64,000 nt of DNA. Source: Microthyrium microscopicum (Eukaryota). A model generated the notes under the pieces. That model saw nothing but the letters and a program-made list of their open reading frames with translations, ran no database searches and was not told the DNA's origin. The stretch lies in the NCBI GenBank assembly GCA_010405405.1, contig MU004235.1, positions 634,538 through 698,537 of the forward strand, written 5' to 3'. A program made the position numbers and the translations under genes. Of this stretch, positions 36,972-48,516 are shown one piece after another (within the stretch, counting starts at the first letter, position 1; every line of letters begins with the position of its first letter).

Positions 36972-37109
36972 TTACTTGCTGTGGGGTAGGTCAGTACGAG
37001 AGCTTCAAAGGAGGCATTGATGAGAGGATTGAACGTACCTGCGTGCGCGAACCTTTCTTCTTTTGCGCTTGAGGCGCCGAACGCGCTTCTTTCTCCACTT
37101 GGCTCTCAT
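36972..37109 (-). CDS. RPL41: Ribosomal protein L41 (eL41/eS32), 25 aa; exons 37109-37039 and 36978-36972
   Basis: Spliced translation MRAKWRKKRVRRLKRKRRKVRARSK*. Intron GTACGT...CTGAC...CAG, plus a 5'UTR intron ending at ~37116. Confidence 0.97.
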
Positions 37110-37788
37110 TCTCGACTGAACCCCAGAAGATTAGTATGTTGAAAGCTCAGAAAGTGTGTGCGAAGTGACGCAAGTGATGCTATTGCCTTACGAGAGCCAA
37201 TGGCAATGCTAGGACAAGGACATAGGGCGGGAAGTATAGCAGTATACAAACAGCTTCAGGAAGCAGAAAGCATTGCTAGAACGGAGCGTTGGGAGGACTA
37301 ACCTTGAGTTGCTGTCGATATGAGTTTTTGGAGAGAGATGGAGAACGAAGAGGGGAGCTGGCTTCAATTCGAATAAGAGGTTGCTGGTGCGAGGCACGGG
37401 CCAGCCTTAGTCAGCACTGCACGTGATAACAGCTGTTCAAATGTTAGCGGTCTTGGCGGCCAGCCTCAGCCTAACTTTCAGTGATTGTTTTGACGGCTCC
37501 TGCCTTGTTACTGTAAACCACCACCGCAACTTGCAAGAGCGTATGCACCTTCCGTCTTGCCGTTTGCCTTAGCCTTCATATTTTTCCTGGAACCTGCAGT
37601 ATCTACTTCAACACCAGTCCTAGAGCTATCTCCTCTTTTTTTGTGCGCCTACAGAGTACTGCCCATTTCTCCACGCGCCCTTGCGGATACAAGTCCTGCC
37701 CGATTTCAAGTCCACCTTTGTCACCTCACCAAGCTTCACGCTATGAGCGCCATATCCTTCACCTAGATTCCCGCATCACGTCTCCAGC

Positions 37789-40677
37789 ATGGCCACTCAG
37801 GGTCTAGCTGCCCCACGTCGCGCTACAACCAAGACGTATGGTGGTCCTGGTCGCGCAACGTATGACTCCGATATCTTCGGTGAGCCTCTTTCGCCAAAGC
37901 AAGCCCATGCCGCATGGGGCTCCAACAAATCGCGAGGCTTGGAAAAGACTATCTCACAATCAAATGTTGGGCTTGGGGGCAGGAGCAAGATGACCAAGTC
38001 TCCGGGGTTGAGGAAGGATGAATTTGACTTTCCATCATCGGATGACGAAAAGGTCGTGCCGGTGAAAAAGAAGACAACCACAACGGTCGCGAAGAACAAT
38101 GTCAAGAGCAAGGCAAAATCGGTGTTCGATATGCCTTCTTCCGGTGAGGAGAAGATTGTCAAGAAGACCAAGATAAAGGAGAGCAGTTCATCTGTTGCAA
38201 AGGCTGCAGTCAAAAGGTCCAAATATGGTTATCCTACCAGCTCCAAGTCAGCTATCCCGGAACCACCGAACAAGCCACCGACTATGGTATCCACCATCGC
38301 ATCTCATGAGAACCAGCGTAAGAAGACGGACATCTACGATCTACCAGATTCGGGTGATGAAACGCCAAAGCGAAAGGTGTCTGCACCCCAGCCCAAACGA
38401 CCAGCCATGGCAGTCACCAAGGCAAAGACTTTCCAATTATCAGAGAGGCCGAAGATCAGCCCAGTCAGTGGAAGGACAAGGCAAAAGACCCCAGCGTTGG
38501 ACGGTCCAAGAGAAGTCAAACCTTCCAAAACCACGCTTCCTACTCGACCACTTCGCGCACAAGCTCCTACTTCGCTGGGCAAGGTAACTTCTAAGCCTGG
38601 AAGGACCACACAGCCAATCTCAAAGAGAAAGCTCCTGAAAGTTGGAAGTTCTGCACCAGCCATACTCTCCAGGATGGTAGAGGAGGCCACATCGACTTCA
38701 GAAAGCCCTCCGGAGCAGCCACTTTCGCCATCCCCCGTTTCGTCCAATGGGGTCGCTATGCAAACCCCATCCCCAAGGTTTTCTCCGGCCAGAGACACTA
38801 TCAATACTCCGCGGCACGCACCAGCCTGGGAAAAGCTACTGGAAGAGTCCGAAAGCTTCGATTCTCCTAGTGATCTTCCAGTCGCTGACCTGAGACTGGT
38901 TACTGCTAAAAAGCGCGCTGTGGTATCAATGCCTAGATCGTCCTCGGACGTCACAGGTATGGCCCCAAACAAAAGGAGGAAGCTCATTGATACTCTCAAG
39001 GTATCTGCCACTGTTACCAAGTATGAGGACGACTCAATGGAAGACGACGATGAAAGCGATGATTCGTCACGTATGGACCTTGATGTACCTCGCAATACCA
39101 AGCAACCGGCGCCCCGCATTCCTCGTATCACCAAAAAGGCTACATATGCCCAGCTACGGTCGCATCTTGCCGAACAAACGGAAGAGGACATCCTGGATGC
39201 TTTAATGGAGGGCATTGCCCAGCCTTTCGGAGGACCGAGACAGCTTTCGCAAAAGGAAGACTTTGATCTGGACTCTGATTCCGACGAAGACATGGAAGAG
39301 GGACACCCGAAGAGTGTACACGATCTTCGAGCAGCCGGATCGAAAAAACGCCTTTTAGGAGACATTGAGGCTCTAGTATCTGGAGTGGAAGGACAAGGAT
39401 CTGCCTCCATCTCTGCTCGTCGCTCCGATTTGCTAGACTTGGCTAAGCAATGTCTCGAGCCAAGCATTGTCAACTTGATATTGGATCATAGCTTGGATAG
39501 GCCGCTTCTTACCTCGTTTGGTAATTCAACAGACTCAGTATTTGACTTCCTTGCCGCTTCAGTATTAGGCTTGATAGCCAAAGAAACTCAGCAATTGCAA
39601 GTACTTCGAGGAATTAATAGGTCCGGAGGTATTGCACGCCTATTCGAACTACTGGATATTGATCAAGACATTACACGACTGGTCAAAGAACGTCGCTTCA
39701 AAATGTCTATCATCGCGCAAAGAAGAATTGCTGCATTCAAGGAGCCACTACTAGAGTCCGGCTTGTGGTCTTCTCTGAAACCGACTCGCTTGACAGCCCA
39801 ACTGGCGTCCCTTCGCGCACTGGAGCTTTTAGTGCGAAGAACTCGCGAGCTTGGAGGAGACGAGCTGCCCATAGACGACAAGACCATCAATCGACTTATC
39901 ACAATACTAGAGGACTCGTCTGTCACTAACATTCAACGAGACTTGGTCTTTTCTATCTTGGAGTCGAGTTCCATTGGAACAACCATTTCCAGCCGCGGAC
40001 CCTGGTCAATCAGATCTTTCGAGCGACTTTCCCGGATTCTGTCAACTATTTTCTCTCTCGATGCGACCGCACAAAAATCCCGCAACCTCGCTTTGCGACT
40101 GTCCATAAACCTCTCCCATAACAACGAGCGAGCCTGTGCATTACTAGCCACTCCAACCACGGTCCAGTCTCTTCTCGCAATGATAACCAACTCATTCACT
40201 GTGCTGCAGTCCTCTCAGAGCACAGCTGACGACCCATCCATCCTTGATGAGCTGATTCTCACCCTTGGCGCAATGATTAACCTTGCGGAAATCAGCGAGA
40301 CAGCCCGTGCCTGTGTGGTCGCTCCAGGCACTGCTGTTCTTGAACAGCTAGTTCGCATCTTTTGCGACCATAACGACGCGACAATTGAAGCAACAAGCAT
40401 AGAGTCCTCTCGGAGTAATGTACCGTATGGCTACCTAGCACTGCTTCTGATCAACTTGTGTCAAACCGATCGACTACGCAGTGAGATATTGAGCGTGCTG
40501 CCTGGTCAAAGCCAGCTGCGAGGATTGATCACTGCAGCAGAGGAGTTCATCCGGATGCATCAGGAAACAGATCGCGAAATGTTTGACTCGACAACAGAAG
40601 GAAACGCACAAACGGAGTATACGCGGCGATTGATGCGTATGGTGAGTCGGCTCAAGGAGACGGCTATGATGAATTGA
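37789..40677 (+). CDS. Wings-apart-like cohesin release factor (WAPL/Wpl1/Rad61)
   Basis: Long disordered K/S-rich N-half with TYA..RS.L, then SVHDLRAAGSKKR, RRS.LL.L, LALRLSINLSHNN, LILTLGAMINLAE and GYLALLLINLC of the helical WAPL domain. Confidence 0.85.
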   Translation: MATQGLAAPRRATTKTYGGPGRATYDSDIFGEPLSPKQAHAAWGSNKSRGLEKTISQSNVGLGGRSKMTKSPGLRKDEFDFPSSDDEKVVPVKKKTTTTVAKNNVKSKAKSVFDMPSSGEEKIVKKTKIKESSSSVAKAAVKRSKYGYPTSSKSAIPEPPNKPPTMVSTIASHENQRKKTDIYDLPDSGDETPKRKVSAPQPKRPAMAVTKAKTFQLSERPKISPVSGRTRQKTPALDGPREVKPSKTTLPTRPLRAQAPTSLGKVTSKPGRTTQPISKRKLLKVGSSAPAILSRMVEEATSTSESPPEQPLSPSPVSSNGVAMQTPSPRFSPARDTINTPRHAPAWEKLLEESESFDSPSDLPVADLRLVTAKKRAVVSMPRSSSDVTGMAPNKRRKLIDTLKVSATVTKYEDDSMEDDDESDDSSRMDLDVPRNTKQPAPRIPRITKKATYAQLRSHLAEQTEEDILDALMEGIAQPFGGPRQLSQKEDFDLDSDSDEDMEEGHPKSVHDLRAAGSKKRLLGDIEALVSGVEGQGSASISARRSDLLDLAKQCLEPSIVNLILDHSLDRPLLTSFGNSTDSVFDFLAASVLGLIAKETQQLQVLRGINRSGGIARLFELLDIDQDITRLVKERRFKMSIIAQRRIAAFKEPLLESGLWSSLKPTRLTAQLASLRALELLVRRTRELGGDELPIDDKTINRLITILEDSSVTNIQRDLVFSILESSSIGTTISSRGPWSIRSFERLSRILSTIFSLDATAQKSRNLALRLSINLSHNNERACALLATPTTVQSLLAMITNSFTVLQSSQSTADDPSILDELILTLGAMINLAEISETARACVVAPGTAVLEQLVRIFCDHNDATIEATSIESSRSNVPYGYLALLLINLCQTDRLRSEILSVLPGQSQLRGLITAAEEFIRMHQETDREMFDSTTEGNAQTEYTRRLMRMVSRLKETAMMN

Positions 40678-41674
40678 TGAATGACCGGTGTCTGATTTTG
40701 GTATACCCCCTCGTGTTTTTGCATTTATGAACCACAATACATCAGATGTCTTAGGATATCAAAGCTCAAACCGGTCAAACTCTTATGTGTTACCTGGTTG
40801 AAAATATCAATCTCGTTAGTATACAGTATATACATACACACAGTCTTTGGATAAGAGAGAATGCTCTCATTTGTTAAATCGTTTTCCCTCATGTGTGAAG
40901 CAATGCTAAAGCTCTAATATTTGTGTAGGTACGATCACAACTTTTTTACTACAAAGTTCCACTTGGTACCAATAGCAAGTTGGGTTTCAGGAAATCATAT
41001 TAACTTTTTCTTAATAGGCATCAAAAACACATAATATAAATTAATCTACGGCCCCAGTTTTCGACGAGCAACATTCCCATGGTAATTTACTCAACATGCA
41101 ACTCGCGCTTACGGGAAATCCGACTCCCAGCTTTTATGTCACTCTGATATTGAACGACCAGTCTAGCCACCAACTTCATGTTCAGCGAAACACTATATTC
41201 GTCCGAGACCCTGGTCTTCTCCGGATCGCCATTTGAGGACTTTCCAAAATTCTGGATAGAATTACATTTGTACCTCTATACACTCGCCACTCGTCCACGT
41301 GTATGGAAGCGCGTCTTATAGATTTCTTTCCATTCTCCTGAAGGCCAATCCTTGGCGAAAAGAATTAGGCCTCATATACCCTTTGAGCTGGTTTCTTCAG
41401 GGCTTCCATGGTCGTGCTTGTGAGCCAATTGCGCGTGTACCATGTACCATCTGCTCAACGACAGAAGTAGTACGTATTCAGCAGGAGCAGTTGAATCCGT
41501 AAATTAAAACTCGCTGCATTCTCAGAAGAACGCTTGTGACTGGCCGTGCTTCCCGTTGGGTCCATCTCACTCCACAAGATCAAAGCTCAGGCACATTCTA
41601 GTCGTTGTAAAATAGCTGTATTCCGTCAACTGGCTTGCTACACGATCTCTCCACACCACCACATACAGCCGACG

Positions 41675-43143
41675 ATGTATCTCCAGCCCATACTCACCGT
41701 GCTAGCCACGCTACCAGTCCTCTCCCTCGCAAACACCTCACCCGCGAGCCCCGTTCCCTGCAAAGAAATCCGCCTCCGAAAAGAATGGTACCTGGATCTT
41801 ACCCATGCCCAAACAACCAAGCTAACATTCCCTCCCAGGCGATCACTGACCGTTGACCAGCGCAAGAAATACATCAAATCAGTCCAATGCATGTTAACCA
41901 AAGCACCAAAATCAAAAGCCCACTTCCCCATCGTCACAAACCGCTATGAAGACTTTGTCGCACTCCACGCCAACGCCAGCGCAGGCGGCCGCGATCTTCG
42001 CCAGTCCACAGGCGGATTCGCTGGTGCGCTGGGGGGCTTTGGCGGCAGCATGAATACGGGGATACATGGAACGGGCACGTTTTTGCCGTGGCATAGATAT
42101 GTGGTTTGGCAGTATGAGAGTGTGTTGCAGGATGAGTGTGGTTGGGATATGGGACAGCCTTGTAAGTCTTTACTAAACCACGGTAAAAAAGTCTGTGTTG
42201 GTGCTAACTTTGTCATGATGCAGACTGGGACTGGTATCTGGATACACCGGCGGCGGGCGGGAGTTGGTTGAAGAGTCCATTGTTTGATCCCGAGTCTGGC
42301 TTTGGCGGCAACGGAGCCAAGTTGAAGGCCGGCGAGTCTGGGCTCAAGGGTTTTGGTGCTGGCTTTGGAACTGGTGGTGGATGTGTGGTGGATGGGCCGT
42401 TTAAGGATATGAAGCTGCATATTGGGCCTGGTGCTGTGATGAAGATGGGTAGTGAGCGGTGCTTGACGCGCAGCTTTAATATCGAGGCGGGCGAGGCGGC
42501 GGGCAGCAAGGAGGTGGTCAAGGATGCGTTGGCGAGTAAAGACTTTCAGACGCTAAGGATGGCTGTTGAGATGCCGAACATTACGTTTACTGGCGGTAAG
42601 ATTGAACGCCATGGTGGTGGATTCCATAATGTTGGACATGGTGGTGTTGGTGGAGAGGTATGTGGGAGAGCTTGTCTGATGATGTTCACTGCTAATGCTT
42701 GGTAGATGGGAGACCCATTTACTTCTATTAATGATCCAATATTCTTCTTGCATCACACTGGCATTGACAGAGTCTGGCAGATGTGGCAAGATCAGGACTT
42801 GCAGAAGCGCATTTCTGACACTGGGACTGGGTTGACTTTGAAAACGCCTATTTGGATGGGTCTGGAGGCACCGGACAGACCGGTGGGCGATGTGATGGAC
42901 ATCATCAACCGTGATGGAAAGGGATTCTTATGCTACAAGTACGAAACCGGCTCAGAAGAATACTTTGATAAGCCAGCAGCTTCAGGGAAACCAGCAGGAC
43001 CCGTTACATCAACAACATCAGCCATGTCAACTTCGTCAACCACTTCGACGACGATACAAGCCAAGTCCATGACAACAGCCAGGCCTCCCAAGGCAATGGG
43101 AAAAGGTAAAGGAGCTGTGGGGCCTGCTACTTCAAGAAATTAG
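41675..43143 (+). CDS. Secreted tyrosinase / type-3 di-copper polyphenol oxidase (4 exons)
   Basis: Signal peptide, RKEWRSLT, CuA (FVALH, GIH, FLPWHR), PYWDW, CuB (FHNVGH, DPIFFLHH.GID), LCYKY and an S/T-rich tail. Confidence 0.93.
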
Positions 43144-43450
43144 TATGTACAATAGACAATTCATTTTCATTCGAATATCTTCAGTTATCCTACCAGCCAA
43201 TTCATAGAAAGAACGCGACTAAAAGAGTCTGATTGAAAAGCGTCTAATATCTTCCAAGTAATCTATGATTCTGCTTTCCATGATCACGTCTAGAAACAAT
43301 CAATTGAAAATCGAGTGAGCTTATGAATCTCATGTACTACTTTAAATGTTCTCCAGATATTGGAATTGTGGAATCTCGAAATGAAACCTGGATTATGATA
43401 TTGGTGACTATCGTTACTATCACACAAGATAGGGCCTTTCAATCAATACT

Positions 43451-44880
43451 CTATGCCTGCTTTGCGGGTGGTGCTGCAGCCTTGGGTGCGGCTGCCTTTG
43501 CTCCTCCTTTTGGTGCGCCCTTTCCTTTGCCTCCAAATAATGCGCCAAAATCGGGGAACTTGAATGGGACTTCCTTGCACTCAGTATCAGTACATTCAGA
43601 AGCCACTCGCACATCACGAGCGCTAGCAGCATCAATACCAAAGTTGATCCATCCGAAAACACCATCCTCGAGCTTGTTACCAAGGAGCACATAGTTGACA
43701 ACATTATCAGCGTTGCCACTGGTTCCGCCGGCCATGATCATATCAGCCTTGTTGAGAGTCCATTGTTGCTTGTTGTCGGCGTATGGAGCAGTCTTTTCAA
43801 CTTCGGTGGTGAGCGATTGGTCAAAGTAGATCTGGCCAACGTGGTTGATCTTGCCTCCTTTGATTGTCTTGTTGGGGAGTTCTTCTTGACCAGTATGGGT
43901 CATGACTAGATAGTGTTAGCGCCGCAGTTTGATGCTGCGGGAAAGGAGGCTTACCATGAATGTGGTTGGTACGTCCAGAGTAATGACCCGGGTAGAGAGT
44001 ATCGAATTGAACAGCGCCGTCCTTGTCGGTGATCTGAATTCCTCTCATGGCTCTGTTTTGGAGATTGGCCTTGCCATCAACCTTGGCGCCGCCTAGGAAG
44101 TCCATTCCAGCTCCGGTGATGCCAGAGTAGGAACCCTGTACTGCAGTTAGTACCGGAGAAAGCATTATATGCAGAAGAACTCACTGTAGCATTGGTTCCC
44201 CAGATCTCAACTGCGGCCTTGGGAATTGGCAGACAAGTCTTGATATCATAAACTTGCATGTCCAAATGCAATGTCACACCTGGCTGGTTTTCTCGCACAT
44301 CCTTTCGGATATGTTCGCCGGTTACATCTGCTCAAGTCAGTCAAACTGTCAAAGTCACGAAAAGTTGACCAGAAACTTGCAGTATGGTCCCTCTGTTGTT
44401 TCAGGGGCAAGAATAATGGTCTGGTTCTGACCCAGCATTGTCCAGTCGGCGGTTTTCCAGCTTGATCCAAGGTTTAGCTTTGATTTGTGGTCCTTCTCCA
44501 GCACAGCCTTGAATTCAGGGCCATTCATGTTGGCGCCGAAGCCTGGGAAGCCTCCAAACTGGCGCTTCTCTAGTTTCTCTGTTGTAGAGTCAGTGGCAAT
44601 TTATAGTGTCTCCTATTTCATCTGTCTTACCATCAATCTCGATGGATGCCCGTTTCCTCAGTTGCAGCAAAGTCTCTCTTCTGCGTTCAATCGTGCGATC
44701 AACAATCCCGCGAGCAGCAAGCTTGTCGGCACAGTGAGCCAAGTCCCGGTTTTCCAACGTTCCCAAATATGCTCCTCGTGCTTCGGCCTCAGCACGCTTG
44801 TGTAGTTCGCTTGCGCCAGGATGGGCAGTAGCCGTCAAGGCCAACGCAAGGAAGGAGAAGAACTGGATTGATGGAGACAT
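43451..44880 (-). CDS. Secreted intradiol ring-cleavage dioxygenase-like protein (5 exons)
   Basis: Signal peptide ending ATAHPG, Kex2-type KR sites, APETTEGPYYVTGE, ENQPGV, NAT|GSYSG, RGIQITD.DG.VQF.T.YPGHYSGRTNHIH and GQIYFDQ. Confidence 0.92.
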
Positions 44881-46750
44881 GATAGCAAACGATAATGAGT
44901 GACAAAAAGTTGAAGTTGATGCTATATTACTTGTCAGAGCCACGAAAGGATATTGTAGTAATATAGCTTGGCTGCACAATACACACTGCTAGGAGGGCGC
45001 TGATGATCTCCGCCCGAAGACCGAAACTGCTGAAATTATACATTGGCTCTAGGTGTTAGCAATACAAGACAGCCTGGTGCTTAATTCTAGGTCGGACGGC
45101 CCCTTCCATTCATGGATGGGCTAGCTAGAGGTCAGGGCGCGGAAAATCTTGACGGACAGCACGTTAGTTTTGCTTAGAGAAAGATGTTTTGGTTACGAAT
45201 AGTATGGCAAGAGTGCTATAACCCCACACAATACTCCATTGAAGTTTCGAAAAGATGAATTCTGTGCGCGATGGCACAAATACGGTAACTTACGTCTGGA
45301 GCCCTCTCAGATGCTCTTTGGAAAATGACACCAGGGACACAGTAATGCCAGTATTTCTCCAATTACTCTGGTAGCCAACAACAGGCTTCGCAAATATAAT
45401 CGATGGAGCTAGATCTTCCCAGCAGATCTTTTCAATACTCGACGTTCTCTAGGGTTCAGAGTATAGAGTAGCCGGAAGGTCTGCCGAATCAATATGTGGT
45501 CTATTGTAATATAGATGTTAGAAGGGCACAATGAACCGCAATGATTACGCTCAAAAACGCATCCTTGTCTGGCTCAGTATGGCTTTTCCTCTGGCTCACT
45601 CAATTTAAGGTTGTTGGGGATTTATGAGCGTAGGTACGTAGATCATTCAGTCCGGACAAGTTGTTGGCGTGAAGTTGAAAATTTCCCGTGCCTGACAAGG
45701 AACAACACATTCGTTTTATGGTACACCCTGGCTCAAATATACACTCGATGCTCAGGGTATTGGAGGTCCTATTTCTGCCAATGGGAGTCAGTGAATGCCG
45801 TCCACGTTGCGTAATTAGACTAAGTAGATGAGTTTCCACCAATGTAGACGTGTGTAACAATAATGATGGATGGTTTGGAGATGTCCTCAGGTACTGGCAA
45901 AATTTCTTTCGACGGATATATGATTAAATCGGCAGATTGATCGATAGATACAGTTTAGTGATCTTCGTGGAACGAATATGATATGTCTTAATTGAACAAG
46001 TTCAATGTCTGAATATCACGCCAGGCCTCTGGCAATGTATTGAAAGCCTTTCAACCATACTTACGTCCTACAGAATACAGCACTACAGTAATTATTCCTT
46101 TCGAGCTGTGTGCAAGTTCTACTAGTTACCTATAGGATTGTTGCCATGCGATTTGCCCTCGTATTCGGGCTGAATCGAACACCGATAGCGAAGTTTGCCA
46201 ATTTTTTGCCAAAAAACTTCAGTTCAAGACATTTAGTGCTTGAAGATAAAAACAAAAAAGTTTAAAGAAGGCAGCAGTGTGACATGGGTGCATAAAGCTG
46301 CAGTGATTGCGGCTTCAAAGCCTCGCTATACCAAATTTAGACACCGATGGGTGCCCACTGCCTGCCCAACAAACAACCATATGTACCAACCTTGTGCAAT
46401 TATTTTTCAGGGAAGTTGCTATGATTTAAATGATCGAACATTTCCAGTTCGAAGTAACCTTCGGGTCTTCTAGGCTAGCTTGCTAGTCGCCTTCCCTTTT
46501 TGCTTCATGCTACATGTTCGAATCGTGTACTAATCTGCGGAGGTTCAATTTATTTGACCGCCCACACCACAAATGCTGGTCTGTATTTTGGCTCAACCAG
46601 CTGCCTTTGCATTTTAGAAATGACTTGGAATAAGATAGAGATCAGAAAGTCATCACTTGTGGATTTTCTCTTTTTGATGTGTTACGAAGCAATAGTAATC
46701 TAAATTATGCCCCCAATCCATGGTCTGCCGACCAGTTCCGGAAGTCCATG

Positions 46751-47473
46751 TCACTGTCTGTCTTGAACGAGACAGCCCAGCCCCAGTGTCCAAGATTTGG
46801 AAAAGCAAGACTTACACCAGCAGCTGTTGTAAAAGCCGACATAGTCGATTACCGTAGAAGCTATGAGACAGGCTGCATTGCACCTGCCATAGTCTTCCCA
46901 AGTGCTTGGAGAGTAACCACCAAGATGCAGATTGTCGAGCGAGCCTTGTTCTTGAACCAGGCTCCATCCTCGTTGAATTAATTGGCCGCCTTTTCGTTTG
47001 TCAACGTCTTGTGATCCTCCTGATATCCAGGCATAGAGCAGTGACAAAGAAGCATAGACAAAAGAAGCATTAGGAGGACAAGAGTGCCAGCAGTTTTGTA
47101 ATGGTGTAGCTCCATGACCTAGAGGCAAGACCAATAGTTGTTGTTCTATATTCCATTCAGATCACGGAAATGGTAATGCTCCATGGTAAAGCTAAGGGAT
47201 CGCCAACAGCAAGACTTGTTCTGCTAACAAGTCATGTCGAAGCTGACATAAATGCGCAGTATTGAGATCCCACAGCGTATCATGGTACAGTTGATAAGAT
47301 ATGAAGTAAGCGTTGGAGGGATCGACTAGTTGTTCGACTACAACATCACTTCGCGTCGAGTTCCAGTCATGTCCAGGATGAGTTCGGGCTGATATTTCTA
47401 TCAGTCTATCAGCTTCTTCTCCGTCGTGAAGTTCAACAGAGTCCCCTGGTCGACCATGGCCAAGTCTATACAT
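46751..47473 (-). pseudogene. Probable pseudogene (two in-frame stops), weak ankyrin-like motif
   Basis: ORFs 47192-47473 and 46751-47134 share a frame, joined by *LYHGALPFP*SEWNIEQQL. LLVLPLGHGATP resembles an ankyrin LL.HGA.P turn. Confidence 0.4.
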
Positions 47474-47985
47474 CGTACAAAATGCTAGAATGGAGCGTGG
47501 CGGAAGCTAGCAGTTCGACTCTTCTCGTATCTTGGGTCTCACTGTTGAATCTTAGTGTGTTCAATTCTTGGTATAGATTGACTTGGCCTAATATTTGGAT
47601 AGAAAAGGAAAAGAACTTCAAAAGAAGAAGGACAAGAGTAGAAAGTCAACGTCGCGTCTCGACTGGCAAGCGCGGAAGAAGGACGCTAGTCCTTCCAGGC
47701 TAACCAAAAGCACTCTAGCGCGTCCAGTTGGCAGTAACCCTCCAACCCTTATCTCCAACGACAATCCAACTCTGTGCTTTGAGTTTGATAGCTTACGGTT
47801 CTATTTCATCTCAACAAATCGAAATGGGCTGGTCTTGCGTTCTTTACATGCAATATGCATTTAAATTATTCCATGCATCCTACAATAGCTAGCCCTGGGA
47901 TCCCATCATTCCAAATCGCTTTCAATGCCCTCTGCCCCTGGGCCCAAGCGCCGCTTTTCTGCTCCCGACCGCAACCCATTTTCGC

Positions 47986-48516
47986 TTAGGTGAAGGCAGT
48001 AACACCCTTGGCGATAGCCTCAGAGATCTTAGCAGCCTTGGACTTGGCAATGGATTGAGCGAGGGTTGGCATCTTTGCGACTATAGCGTCAGCAAGGGCG
48101 TTAGAAGCCTTCTCTTGAGTGGCAAGCTGGGACTTGACGGTGGCAGCTTGGTTAGCTTTGGCGATTACGTCTTTCTTTCCAATGAGGTCTGTGATGACGG
48201 TGTTGGTCTTCTCGAGCAACTTGTCGCTGGCTGTGGATACACCAAGCGCATCAGTGAGGGCGAGCGTGTCCTTTGCGCCAGTGATCTTTGCGGTGGCAGC
48301 GTTGATAGCGGCAGCAACGGCCTCGGACTTGCTGGTCACATCAGCGGTTTGCTTAGCGGCATCGGCGCCACCGGTGAGGCCCTTGACGGCAGTGTCGAGG
48401 GTGTCGAGAGCGGAGCTGATGCTGCTGAAACCATCAGTGATGGTTGAGAGAGTCGCGGCCGACTGGGCGAAAGCGCCGCCGAGGAGGGAGAGAACAACGA
48501 GATTTTTGAGTTGCAT
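47986..48516 (-). CDS. Hydrophobic surface binding protein A (HsbA)/Mp1-like secreted cell wall protein
   Basis: Signal peptide, Ala/Thr/Lys-rich helical ~175 aa with LDTAVK, LIGKK, LADAIVAKMP and GVTAFT. A 5'UTR intron lies at ~48531-48582. Confidence 0.85.
   Translation of the reverse strand: MQLKNLVVLSLLGGAFAQSAATLSTITDGFSSISSALDTLDTAVKGLTGGADAAKQTADVTSKSEAVAAAINAATAKITGAKDTLALTDALGVSTASDKLLEKTNTVITDLIGKKDVIAKANQAATVKSQLATQEKASNALADAIVAKMPTLAQSIAKSKAAKISEAIAKGVTAFT

Noticed and set aside
38334..39473. 379-aa antisense ORF within WAPL
   Set aside because: Antisense shadow with Ser-rich, non-family composition.
45600..46200. Short ORFs upstream of the dioxygenase
   Set aside because: Frequent stops in all frames and no recognisable motif.
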